Source of the DNA: Myxococcales bacterium
GTDB lineage: Bacteria; Myxococcota_A; Polyangia; Polyangiales; Polyangiaceae
Assembly: GCA_043747615.1 (NCBI GenBank)
Contig: JAYTOU010000060.1
Coordinates: 141,630 to 205,629, forward strand
Reading direction: 5' to 3'
DNA length: 64,000 nucleotides
Position numbers and translations under genes: made by a program. Below the pieces are notes generated by a model. That model was given only the letters and a program-made list of their open reading frames with translations. It ran no database searches and was not told the origin of the DNA. Numbering within the stretch: position 1 is the stretch's first letter; each line of letters starts with the position of its first letter. This document shows, piece after piece, positions 35,766-44,105 of the stretch.

Positions 35766-35837
35766 AGGTGCAGATGAGATTTGAACTCACGTATGTCGGT
35801 TTTGCAAACCGATGCCTAACCACTTGGCTACTGCACC
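35766..35837 (-). tRNA. tRNA-Cys (GCA)
   Basis: GGTGCAG/CTGCACC acceptor stem, D-arm GCCAAGTGGTTAGGC, anticodon stem TCGGT/ACCGA with loop TTGCAAA, T-loop TTCAAAT and U73 discriminator. CCA is not encoded. Confidence 0.95.
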
Positions 35838-35911
35838 AACATCCCCGACAGCGGTTTCGCCTTTAGGGGAACGAGTCGTTGTAGTCCAGTCCGCCTCGTT
35901 CTTCAAGATGC

Positions 35912-36393
35912 CTACATCTTGGTCGCGAAGAAGAACACCCCGAGGCACATCTCGTCGAGCGTCGTCTCTCCGAGCTTCACGTTGTCGTAGGTGCACGTGA
36001 TGCTCACCTGATCGAATTGCTCGATGCTGGGGAGCGCCTCGATGGGAGTGTCGTAGCGGTAGATGCGTTGCCAGTTGAACTCCTATTTAGGGATATCGAC
36101 TAAGCACTCTTCGCCCGGAACGTTGTCGGAGGAGAGTGGCTTTCCCCGCTAAAGTAGTGAGGACCGTGAAGGGCTGGGTGATCGTCTTTCGCCTTGGCGT
36201 TCGCCGGAATTGCGAACGTCTTTAGCGCGTTTGGACCCGGCGGATCGTAGACGAGGACCGTTTGCTTTCATTGCAAGGCGTGTCGAAGTTGCCAATCAGC
36301 GCGGCGGTGAGATTGTGACGAGGATCGTGCTGCCACCCGAAACGCGGCTTGCACGTGAAGCGCCTGGACGATCGGATCGACGTCCTTGTGGAA
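35912..36393 (-). pseudogene. Decayed copper type II ascorbate-dependent monooxygenase-like gene
   Basis: Fragments in order: FHKDVDPIVQ, CKPRFGWQHDPR, ALIGNFD, PGPN..FAIPANAK, then EECLVDIPK*EFNWQRIYRY...CTYDN..LGETTLDEMCLG. Internal TAG at 36085-36083 plus frameshifts and deletions. Confidence 0.75.
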
Positions 36394-36416
36394 GGCGACG
36401 ACGCGCAGAGGCTTGG

Positions 36417-37697
36417 TCAACATGCGCCGCGCGGTTTCAAGATTTCGATCCCGTTCATGTACGGGACGAGAGCCTTCGGAAGAGTAACGGAGCCGTTTTC
36501 GTTCTGGTGGTTCTCGAGGAGCGGAATGAGGATTCGCGGGCTCGCCACCGCCGTGTTGTTGAGCGTGTACGGGTAGCTCAACGTCCCATCGGCAAGGCGC
36601 ACCCGGATGTTCGAGCGGCGCGCTTGGAAGTCACCCATCGTCGAGCAGGAGTGGGTCTCCGCGTACGCGTCGCGCCCTGGCATCCAGGACTCGACCTCGT
36701 GCTTTCGGGTCTGCCCGAGGCCGATCTCACCGGTGCACGCAATCGCCACCCGGTAGGGAATTTCAAGCGCTTCGAGGACGCGCTCGGCGTTCGCCAGGAG
36801 CTCGTAGTGCTCTTTCTCGGCGATCTCCTCGTCGGGGAGACAGAAGACCACTTGCTCCACCTTGGTGAACTGGTGCACGCGGTAAAGACCGCGCGTGTCT
36901 TTGCCGTGGGCGCCCGCTTCGCGTCGAAAGCACGGAGAAATGCCGGCGTAACGGATCGGCAAGTCGGCGGCGTTGAGTGTCTCGTCGGTGTGCAGCGAGA
37001 CGAGGGGTACTTCGCTCGTTCCGACCAGAAAGAGCTCGTCGTCCGGAACGCTGTAAGCCTCTTCGCGGCCGAGCGGAAAAAAGCCCGTTCCGATGAGCGC
37101 ACGCTCTTTGACGATGACCGGGGGAACGACGATCGAGAGCCCACGCTTGTGAAGAATATCGACCGCCAGCCGCGTCACCGCGAGCTCAAGCAGCGCGCCC
37201 TCACGCACCAATGCATACGAGCGCCCTCCCGCGTAACGACGCGGCCCATCCCAGTTGACGAGGCCAAGCATCGTCATCAGCTCGACGTGGTCGCGCGGCT
37301 TGAACGCGAACGTTTTCGGCGTGCCGATTTTTCGGATCTCGACGTTGTCCTCTTCGCCTTTTCCGATCGGCACCTCGGGGCGAGGAATGCTCGGCACGCG
37401 CAGCATGAGATCGTCGAAGCGCTTGTTGGCCTCGTTGAGCTCGGGCTCCAGCTGCTCGATCTGTCCGCGAATTTCCTTCGCTTCCTCGACGAGCTTCGGG
37501 CGATCGTCCTTCGACGCCTTGGGGATCAGCGCTGAGAGCTCGTTTTTTCTCGAGCGTTTCGCGTCGAGGAGGCCGATTGCATCGCGACGGGTTTTGTCCG
37601 CTGCCATGAGATCGTCCAGATCCAAGGAGAGGCGCTTGTTGGTGATGGCGGCGCGGACGATGTCCGGGTTTTTTCGAATAAAAGCGATGTCGAGCAT
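36417..37697 (-). CDS. serS: Serine--tRNA ligase
   Basis: MLDIAFIR, LVGTSEVP, CFRREAGAHGKDTRGLYRVHQFTKVEQ and TLNNTAVA. Confidence 0.98.
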   Translation of the reverse strand: MLDIAFIRKNPDIVRAAITNKRLSLDLDDLMAADKTRRDAIGLLDAKRSRKNELSALIPKASKDDRPKLVEEAKEIRGQIEQLEPELNEANKRFDDLMLRVPSIPRPEVPIGKGEEDNVEIRKIGTPKTFAFKPRDHVELMTMLGLVNWDGPRRYAGGRSYALVREGALLELAVTRLAVDILHKRGLSIVVPPVIVKERALIGTGFFPLGREEAYSVPDDELFLVGTSEVPLVSLHTDETLNAADLPIRYAGISPCFRREAGAHGKDTRGLYRVHQFTKVEQVVFCLPDEEIAEKEHYELLANAERVLEALEIPYRVAIACTGEIGLGQTRKHEVESWMPGRDAYAETHSCSTMGDFQARRSNIRVRLADGTLSYPYTLNNTAVASPRILIPLLENHQNENGSVTLPKALVPYMNGIEILKPRGAC

Positions 37698-37764
37698 TTT
37701 GGGTTCCCGCGCGACGTTACCTTAGGGGCGTGCGCTCCGGGCAGTTGTACGCTAACCCTTTTTG

Positions 37765-38964
37765 ATGCGGCTTCGCTGGTTAGGTTCGGTCGGACTCGTC
37801 TTTGCGGCATGTGCGGTGGCGTGCTCTCCCTCTGCGGGTGAACGCGAGTCGAGCAACACCCAGAAGATCATCAAGGGGAAGACGTCGCCGGATACCCAGG
37901 ATTTCGCGATCCTCCTCGTTCACACCGATCTGACGACCACCTTCGAGTCGTGCAGCGGGACCCTCCTCGCGCCGAACCTGGTGCTCACCGCGCGCCACTG
38001 CGTATCGAAGACCGTCGATCAACCATTCGGCTGCGACGAGATGGGTCACCTGGTCGGCGGCGGCACCGGCGGCACAGTGGGGGCCGACTTTGATCCGAAG
38101 ACCATGTACGTTTTCGTCGGAAATCAGGCTCCGGATTTCAACAAGCCAACGCTGAAGGCCGACGCAAGGGGCCTCAAAATCTTCCACGACGACTCGAAGG
38201 TCCTCTGCAGCCACGATCTTGCGCTCGTCCTCCTCGACACGAAGATCCCGAACGCGCAGATCGCGCCCGTGCGGCTCGATTCACCGCCCGTTGAGGGCGA
38301 GCTCTTCACGGCCATCGGATGGGGAGTCACCACCACCACGGCCATGCCCGCCATGCGGCAGATGCGGTCGGGCGTCAAAGTGCTGAAAGTCGGCCCCAAC
38401 ATGGGCGACGCCGTCACTGCGCCGATCGGCCCCAGCGATTTCGAGGTGGGAGAAGCCATCTGCCAGGGAGACAGCGGCGGCCCTGCGTATGCCGAGTCTT
38501 CGAGCTCGGTCATCGGCGTAGTCTCGCGCGGCGGAAATGGAACTTCGAGCACCACCGATCCCTCGGCGGGCTGCATCGCCGCGCAGAACGACTACACCCA
38601 GGTCGCGCCGTTCAAAGACATGATCGTCACCGCGTACAGCGAAGCCGGCCAGGATCCCTGGATCGAAGGGCAGCCCGATCCGCGACTCGCCAAGTTCAGC
38701 GAAGCGTGCACGGCCAACACGGATTGCCGCTCGAACATTTGCAACACCACCGTGTGCACGCAGGACTGCTCTATGGACAAGTGCCCGAGTGGGTATGACT
38801 GCTCCGCGCAGAAGGGCCAGAAGATCTGCATCGCCCACGTGGACCCGCCGCCTGCAAAGGGCTGCGCCGCAACCCCCCGCCGCGATGATCCCCCCGCCCT
38901 CGCCTTCGCCGCGATCGGCGCCCTCGGCCTCGTCGCCGCCTCGGTCCGCCGCCGTCGAAAGTGA
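37765..38964 (+). CDS. Trypsin-like (S1) serine protease with Cys-rich domain and MYXO-CTERM sorting signal
   Basis: CSGTL..PNLVLTARHC, HDLAL and CQGDSGGP triad. C-terminal KGCAA + TM + RRRRK. Confidence 0.92.
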   Translation: MRLRWLGSVGLVFAACAVACSPSAGERESSNTQKIIKGKTSPDTQDFAILLVHTDLTTTFESCSGTLLAPNLVLTARHCVSKTVDQPFGCDEMGHLVGGGTGGTVGADFDPKTMYVFVGNQAPDFNKPTLKADARGLKIFHDDSKVLCSHDLALVLLDTKIPNAQIAPVRLDSPPVEGELFTAIGWGVTTTTAMPAMRQMRSGVKVLKVGPNMGDAVTAPIGPSDFEVGEAICQGDSGGPAYAESSSSVIGVVSRGGNGTSSTTDPSAGCIAAQNDYTQVAPFKDMIVTAYSEAGQDPWIEGQPDPRLAKFSEACTANTDCRSNICNTTVCTQDCSMDKCPSGYDCSAQKGQKICIAHVDPPPAKGCAATPRRDDPPALAFAAIGALGLVAASVRRRRK

Positions 38965-38974
38965 ACCGAAAGCG

Positions 38975-39829
38975 TCAGAAGTTGGATTCGCCGATGCGCC
39001 GAATCTCTGCTTCGTCGCGCGCCAAAGCCGCTCTGCTGGTGTGCACCGAGTAGCTACCGAGGACGAGCGGGTGGGGATGCGGCGCCGCGGAGCCAAGTAC
39101 GAACGCCGTGTCACCCTCGGCGATGAAGTCGATCGGATCGTTCGACGAGTCGAAGACCGCGAGCTCACCGCTTGAAACGGCTGCAGGCGCGCGAAGCGTG
39201 CCTCGATGAACGGCGACCCAGCAGACCGTGTGATCCGCCGGCGGTCGGTACGTCCAGCGCGCACCGGCCTTCAGCTCGACGACCAAGTAGCTCATCGACG
39301 TTGGCGCGGCGATCGGGCTCACGGCATTTCCGTAGCGGCCGAGGATGACGCACACTGGGCCATCGACGGGGACGTCTCCGGGTTGCACGTAATGACTCGC
39401 CGACGGGCCGTTCTCGAGCGCAGGCGGCAACGCGATCCAGAGCTGGTAGCCCGTCGTGCGCCCGGTGGCGGCGGGACCGCCCGTATGCCAGACGCCATTG
39501 CCTGCGCGCATCCACTCGACGCCTCCACGAGAAAGGCTGCCCTTCGCCCCCGTGGTCTCTTCGTACGTGGCCCCGCCTTCCAAGATCACCGTCACCGTCG
39601 CGATGCCGGAGTGCGGATGCCAACCCATGCCGCCGCCCCATCCCCGCGGCTCCGAGGAGAAAAAATCCAGGAACACGAACGGCTTGATGAGCTCGCCGAC
39701 GTCGCCCGGGCTGACCAGGCGGGTGATCGGGCCGTGCGTGTGACCGCGGGTGCTATGGGTGATCTTGCGGACGTGGCGTGCCGCCGCGGACGTCGAAGCC
39801 GTTCCAGGTTCAATCGATGAGATGGTCAT
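38975..39829 (-). CDS. Pirin family protein
   Basis: PFVFLD, HPHSGIATVT, WMRAGNGVWH and QLWIALP. Confidence 0.93.
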   Translation of the reverse strand: MTISSIEPGTASTSAAARHVRKITHSTRGHTHGPITRLVSPGDVGELIKPFVFLDFFSSEPRGWGGGMGWHPHSGIATVTVILEGGATYEETTGAKGSLSRGGVEWMRAGNGVWHTGGPAATGRTTGYQLWIALPPALENGPSASHYVQPGDVPVDGPVCVILGRYGNAVSPIAAPTSMSYLVVELKAGARWTYRPPADHTVCWVAVHRGTLRAPAAVSSGELAVFDSSNDPIDFIAEGDTAFVLGSAAPHPHPLVLGSYSVHTSRAALARDEAEIRRIGESNF

Positions 39830-39838
39830 GATTGGCCT

Positions 39839-40240
39839 TCATTTTCCGAGGAATCGCTCAAGCTCTGCGCGGCGGCCCCAGGCGATGGTCGACGTCATCG
39901 CGAGAAGCACGATCGGCAGCGCCGGTGAGTTGTGGAGCACGAATATGTGCGTGGTGATCGCGCCGACCATGACGCACGCGAGGAGCACAGCGCCGATCGC
40001 TCGGGTCTTCGGCACGAGCACGAGGATCGCGCCCGAAAATTCGAGAATCCCGGTCAGGTAGCGAAACCACTGCCCGAGGCCGATCACTTCGTACATGCCC
40101 ACCATTTGCTCATTGCCCATCAGCTTGCCTGACGACGCTCCGAAGAAAGCGAGCGCCACGAGGACCTGCAGTACCCACAGAACGATGTTCAATGCCTTGC
40201 CCGGTGAAGCACCGGCGCGCTCGGCGGCCATTTCAGTCAT
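39839..40240 (-). CDS. DoxX family membrane protein
   Basis: Four TMs with WVLQVL.A..F...S.GKL, G.GQWFRYLTG.LE and MVGAI.TH. Confidence 0.9.
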   Translation of the reverse strand: MTEMAAERAGASPGKALNIVLWVLQVLVALAFFGASSGKLMGNEQMVGMYEVIGLGQWFRYLTGILEFSGAILVLVPKTRAIGAVLLACVMVGAITTHIFVLHNSPALPIVLLAMTSTIAWGRRAELERFLGK

Positions 40241-40734
40241 GATTGTATTTCTCCTTCTTCAAATCGAAGATCGGCGGAAGTGCCGAGCTTCTTGAGTAAA
40301 CCTAGAAGCGTCGCGCGCTCCTTCTTCGAGAGCCCGCCGGCGGCGTAATCGAGCGCGGCCTTGTGGCGGGCAAATACGTTCGTGATGAGAGCCTCTCCCG
40401 AGGCCGTCAGTCGCACGATGCACGCCCTGCGATCGAGCGGATCGGCGCCTCGCGCCACGAGACCGCGCTTCTCCAATCGGTCCACCGCAGAGGTGATGGA
40501 GCCACTGGTGAGGCCGATCCTGCGGCCGATGTCGTTCACCGCGTGGGGGCCTTTGTGAAGGAGCATCTCGAGCGTTCCGAAATCGGAGAGCCCCATCTCG
40601 GCGGCGACGACGGTGCGCTCCGCGTGCCGAGCAACCGCGCGGTGAGCCTTCATGAGGACGAGCCACACGCGCGTCCCTGACGAGTCAGAAGCTCGGGGTG
40701 CCGCGCGCGCCGCCTTTTCTTTTTGCGTCCCCAT
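40237..40734 (-). CDS. MarR family regulator, MhqR-like
   Basis: SDFGTLEMLLHKGP..VNDIGRRIGLTSGSITSAVDRLEKRGLV..DRR..VRLT. Confidence 0.9.
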   Translation of the reverse strand: MGTQKEKAARAAPRASDSSGTRVWLVLMKAHRAVARHAERTVVAAEMGLSDFGTLEMLLHKGPHAVNDIGRRIGLTSGSITSAVDRLEKRGLVARGADPLDRRACIVRLTASGEALITNVFARHKAALDYAAGGLSKKERATLLGLLKKLGTSADLRFEEGEIQS

Positions 40735-40742
40735 CTGGGCGA

Positions 40743-40772
40743 TATCTTGAGGCCAAGATACTTGATGTCAAG
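40743..40772 (-). promoter_or_regulatory. Tandem palindromic MarR operators overlapping the marR promoter
   Basis: TATCTTGAGGCCAAGATA (40743-40760) and CTTGATGTCAAG (40761-40772). Minus-strand TTGACA at 40771-40766. Confidence 0.75.
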
Positions 40773-40866
40773 GGATCGACCGGTCGAATGGTTTCCGCCG
40801 CGATGCCGACTGAGGCTTCGTTTCTTTTGCCCCCACCGGCGGTGAGGGTACGCGCGCCGGAAGTAG

Positions 40867-41661
40867 CTACGGCGTTTCGGCGTTCACGATAGCGATGCCG
40901 TCGAGGTCGAAGCCGTTGGTGTTCACTTTGTTCGGCTGCGGCGGGCACGTCTCGTGGGACACGTCGCGGATGCGAACGAAGCGCGCGTGGGTGATCCCGA
41001 TGTCCTTCAAGTCAAAGGGATCTCCACCGGCGACCGCAGGATCGACGGGAGAAATGCCGTTGGCCGGGCTCGAGAAGACAGGGTGCCACCCCGCGCACAT
41101 GCCATAAGGGTACTTCGTCGCGGTGCAGGGGAAGGTCTTCCACGTGGTCCCGTCGTCGCTCACGCTGACTTCGCCGGGCTCCGCGAACACGCTGGTGGGG
41201 TCTCCACCGCTCACGAGAAACGGATTTTCGAAGACCAGAAAATCTGCGCCTGGACCATCGATGATCGCGTTCGAGCCGAACGAAAGGACGATGCTTCCCC
41301 CGTTGCCGAGCGAGACCACGTCGAGGCTTCCGTTGTCGGTTCCGCCACCGATGGGCGGGCCTTCGACGACGCCGGGCATAGCGCTTATGCCAAAGCCCGC
41401 GCAGTCCCCGGGCACGAAGCTCCCTGCGACGACGCCCGTGGCGAATCGATCGGCGCGCACCGACCCGCCGTCGTAGGGATAGCCCGCATCGGGAATCGGC
41501 TTATTTTCAGGCGTTCCGGAGTCGACCAGACTCGCGGAGTCACCGAGATCGACCTTTCCAGCGTCATCCGCGTTGGCGTTTGGATCCGAACCGCACGCAA
41601 GCATTCCACCAAGCACGGCGAGGGCGCTCAGCGCGAAAAAAATCCGTGGGCGCGCGGTCAC
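40867..41661 (-). CDS. Cell-surface lipoprotein (SLG.GG / DF.VFEN.F / GFDLD family)
   Basis: MLAC lipobox, VVSLGNGGSI, GADFLVFENPF, EPGEVSVSDDG, GGDPFDL and GFDLDGI. Confidence 0.78.
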   Translation of the reverse strand: MTARPRIFFALSALAVLGGMLACGSDPNANADDAGKVDLGDSASLVDSGTPENKPIPDAGYPYDGGSVRADRFATGVVAGSFVPGDCAGFGISAMPGVVEGPPIGGGTDNGSLDVVSLGNGGSIVLSFGSNAIIDGPGADFLVFENPFLVSGGDPTSVFAEPGEVSVSDDGTTWKTFPCTATKYPYGMCAGWHPVFSSPANGISPVDPAVAGGDPFDLKDIGITHARFVRIRDVSHETCPPQPNKVNTNGFDLDGIAIVNAETP

Positions 41662-42548
41662 GAGAGCGGTCCCCCCGGCATCTTGGTGGGGATCTCCGCG
41701 CGTACGCGGTCGTTGCGCGCGGCGCGCTCGAGCCCGTCTAGCCGCTTGTACGACTCCTGACGAAACGCTGCGAGCTCGCGGAGGAGCGTTTCGATCCCGA
41801 CCTCGTTCTTCAGGTTCACGCGAAAGTCGGTCTCGGCCTGCGCGCGATCTTTGAGCGACTGGCGGTTCTGACTCATCACGATCAGCGGCCCCTGAAGGGC
41901 GACGAGGACGGCGAGGAAGAGATTGTAAAATTGGTAGGGGTACTCGTCGAAGGGCTTCACGACGCCCGCGCTGTTGATGAAGGCCCAGGCCAGCGTGGCG
42001 CCGACGATCAGCAGAATGAAGGCCCAGCTGCCGTTGAGATCCGCGACCTTGTCGGCCAAGCGCTGACCCCAGGTGAGGTTCTCTTCAATCTCTTTGACGA
42101 CGTCTTTTGCGGCGCGCTGCCCGAGCATCGCGTTGGTCTCGCGGAGGCGCTCGGCCATCTCGCTCAGGATCGCGAGGGCGGCCGTTTTGGAGCGAGCCAG
42201 ATGCTCGGCGAGCTCATCACGCGTGAGCTCGAGGAGCGTGGTGTCGACCGTGGCCTCCACGCTGGCCGAGCGTGGTTTGGAATCGAAGAGCGCAAGCTCC
42301 CCGAAGTACTCGCCGGTGCGCACGTCTTTCAGGACCACGCGCTCATCGGTCGGCTCTTTTCCGGGGAGGAAGATCTGCACCGCCCCGGAGAGCACGATGT
42401 ACATCGACGAGCCTTGGTCGCCTTTGCTGAAGACGACGCCCCCTTTGGGGAATGCTTTTTCGTCGAGGCGCGCGGCCAGGGCATCCCGATCTTCGTCGGT
42501 CAACCCCTCGAACATGGGGATCTCGCAGAGGAGGGCGGCGTGCTGCAT
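41658..42548 (-). CDS. Cyclic-nucleotide-binding domain + DUF1003 membrane protein
   Basis: cNMP domain GEYFGELALFDSKPRSASV; DUF1003 motifs GSWAFI, FDEYPY and QGPLIVMSQNRQ..DR. Confidence 0.9.
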   Translation of the reverse strand: MQHAALLCEIPMFEGLTDEDRDALAARLDEKAFPKGGVVFSKGDQGSSMYIVLSGAVQIFLPGKEPTDERVVLKDVRTGEYFGELALFDSKPRSASVEATVDTTLLELTRDELAEHLARSKTAALAILSEMAERLRETNAMLGQRAAKDVVKEIEENLTWGQRLADKVADLNGSWAFILLIVGATLAWAFINSAGVVKPFDEYPYQFYNLFLAVLVALQGPLIVMSQNRQSLKDRAQAETDFRVNLKNEVGIETLLRELAAFRQESYKRLDGLERAARNDRVRAEIPTKMPGGPLS

Positions 42549-42657
42549 CCAGCGCCAAGGTTACGCGTGGACCGGGCACTCGCTCAAGCGCCGCGCTTGG
42601 TCGCGTCGTTTTTTCCCGCCGGGCGCGCTTCTCCCGGGGTAGAGCGTTGGACCGAAC

Positions 42658-44052
42658 ATGCCCGCACTTCCCGGTTGGCTGACGGAACTTTCGCCGATTG
42701 CCGCTCTCCTGGTGGTGATTGCCGTCGTCGTCTCGCGCCTCCCGAAGGTGGAGCTCGGTCACTCGAAGGCGTTCCTCCAGCGCCGCTTCTTCAACTGGTT
42801 TTCGGTCGGCATGACGTACGCGTTCCTCTACATGGGGCGCTACAACGTCAACGTCTGCAAGAACGCTCTCGGCAGCTCGATGTCCAAAGGGGACTTCGGG
42901 ACGATCTTCTTTTGGGGGACGCTCACCTACGGGTTGTCGTTCTTGATCAACGGTCCGCTCGCCGACCGCCTCGGTGGACGCAAGACGATCATGATTTCGG
43001 CGATGGGTTCCGCGATCATGAATCTGGCCATGGGCGCTGTCCTCTTTTCGGGGAGACGGACGAACCTCGTGGGGATCTTCTCGCTTCTCTACGCGATCAA
43101 CATGTACTTCCAGAGCTTTGGCGCCGTGTCGATCGTGAAGGTCAACGCCGCCTGGTTCCACGTTCGTGAGCGAGGCACGTTCGGCGGCATCTTCGGGATT
43201 CTCATCTCGCTCGGTATCTATTTCGCATTCGACTGGGGCCGGCTCATCGTCGAGCACGCGCCGGTCCACTGGGTGTTTTTCACACCGACGATCATTCTCG
43301 TCGTGCTCACCGTCGTCGATTATTTCATGGTGCGCGACACGCCCGCCTCCGCCGGCCTGGCCGACTTCGACACCGCGGATGCCTCCTCGGGCGACGACGG
43401 TCCGCCCCTCAAAGTGTGGAGCGTCGCCACGTTGATGCTCCGCAACCCCGTCATCATGACGATTGCCGTCGTCGAGTTCTGCAGCGGCTTTCTCCGCAAC
43501 GCGATCATGCAGTGGTATTCCATCTTCGCAAAAGAAACGGGGATCGCGGGCAGCTTCATTCCGAAGCACTGGGGCATGCTCCTCTGCATCGCGGGCATCC
43601 TCGGCGGGATGATGGCGGGCGTGATCTCAGATCGCGTTTTCCAGTCGCGCCGCGGCCCGGTCTGCGCCGTCCTCTATGGAGCCATGCTCGCCGGCACGTG
43701 CGGCATCTTCTTCCTCCTAGATTCTCCGTATCTCGGTGTCCTCATGCTGCTGATGTCGATGTGCATCATCGGCGTACACGGGATGCTCTCTGGAACGGCC
43801 AGCATGGATTTCGGCGGAAAGAAAAACGTCGGCGTCGCGGTGGGGATCATCGACGGCTTCGTGTACCTCGGCACGGCGGCCGAGGCCGTTGCACTTGGGC
43901 GCGTCCTGCCGGCAGACAAGCTCGCGAAGCTCCCGGCCAACTGGTGGACGTGGCCGGCGGTCATGCTGCCGCTCGCCGTTGTCGGGTGTCTCCTTGTGAG
44001 CCGGTTGTGGAACGCAAAGCCAAAGCCGAAGGCCTTCGCCGCGACGCACTAG
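42658..44052 (+). CDS. MFS transporter, organophosphate:Pi antiporter (GlpT/UhpT-like)
   Basis: YAFLYMGRYN, GPLADRLGGR, WF..RERGTFGG, GVISDR and AVGIIDGFVYLG. Confidence 0.88.
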   Translation: MPALPGWLTELSPIAALLVVIAVVVSRLPKVELGHSKAFLQRRFFNWFSVGMTYAFLYMGRYNVNVCKNALGSSMSKGDFGTIFFWGTLTYGLSFLINGPLADRLGGRKTIMISAMGSAIMNLAMGAVLFSGRRTNLVGIFSLLYAINMYFQSFGAVSIVKVNAAWFHVRERGTFGGIFGILISLGIYFAFDWGRLIVEHAPVHWVFFTPTIILVVLTVVDYFMVRDTPASAGLADFDTADASSGDDGPPLKVWSVATLMLRNPVIMTIAVVEFCSGFLRNAIMQWYSIFAKETGIAGSFIPKHWGMLLCIAGILGGMMAGVISDRVFQSRRGPVCAVLYGAMLAGTCGIFFLLDSPYLGVLMLLMSMCIIGVHGMLSGTASMDFGGKKNVGVAVGIIDGFVYLGTAAEAVALGRVLPADKLAKLPANWWTWPAVMLPLAVVGCLLVSRLWNAKPKPKAFAATH

Positions 44053-44105
44053 GACCGGTCTCGGAATTCCGAGCGTCGAATTTCGCTGGCGTCGCTCGGT
44101 GATGC

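Noticed and set aside
35766..35837. tRNA-Cys as the attachment site of a genomic island or prophage
   Set aside because: No integrase, no duplicated tRNA 3' end and no phage genes were seen in the window.
1157..36085. Two in-frame TAG stops inside protein-like sequence (1159-1157 and 36085-36083), suggesting amber recoding
   Set aside because: Both loci are also truncated or frameshifted, many intact genes end in TAG, and no pyl genes or suppressor tRNA are present. Ordinary pseudogenes.
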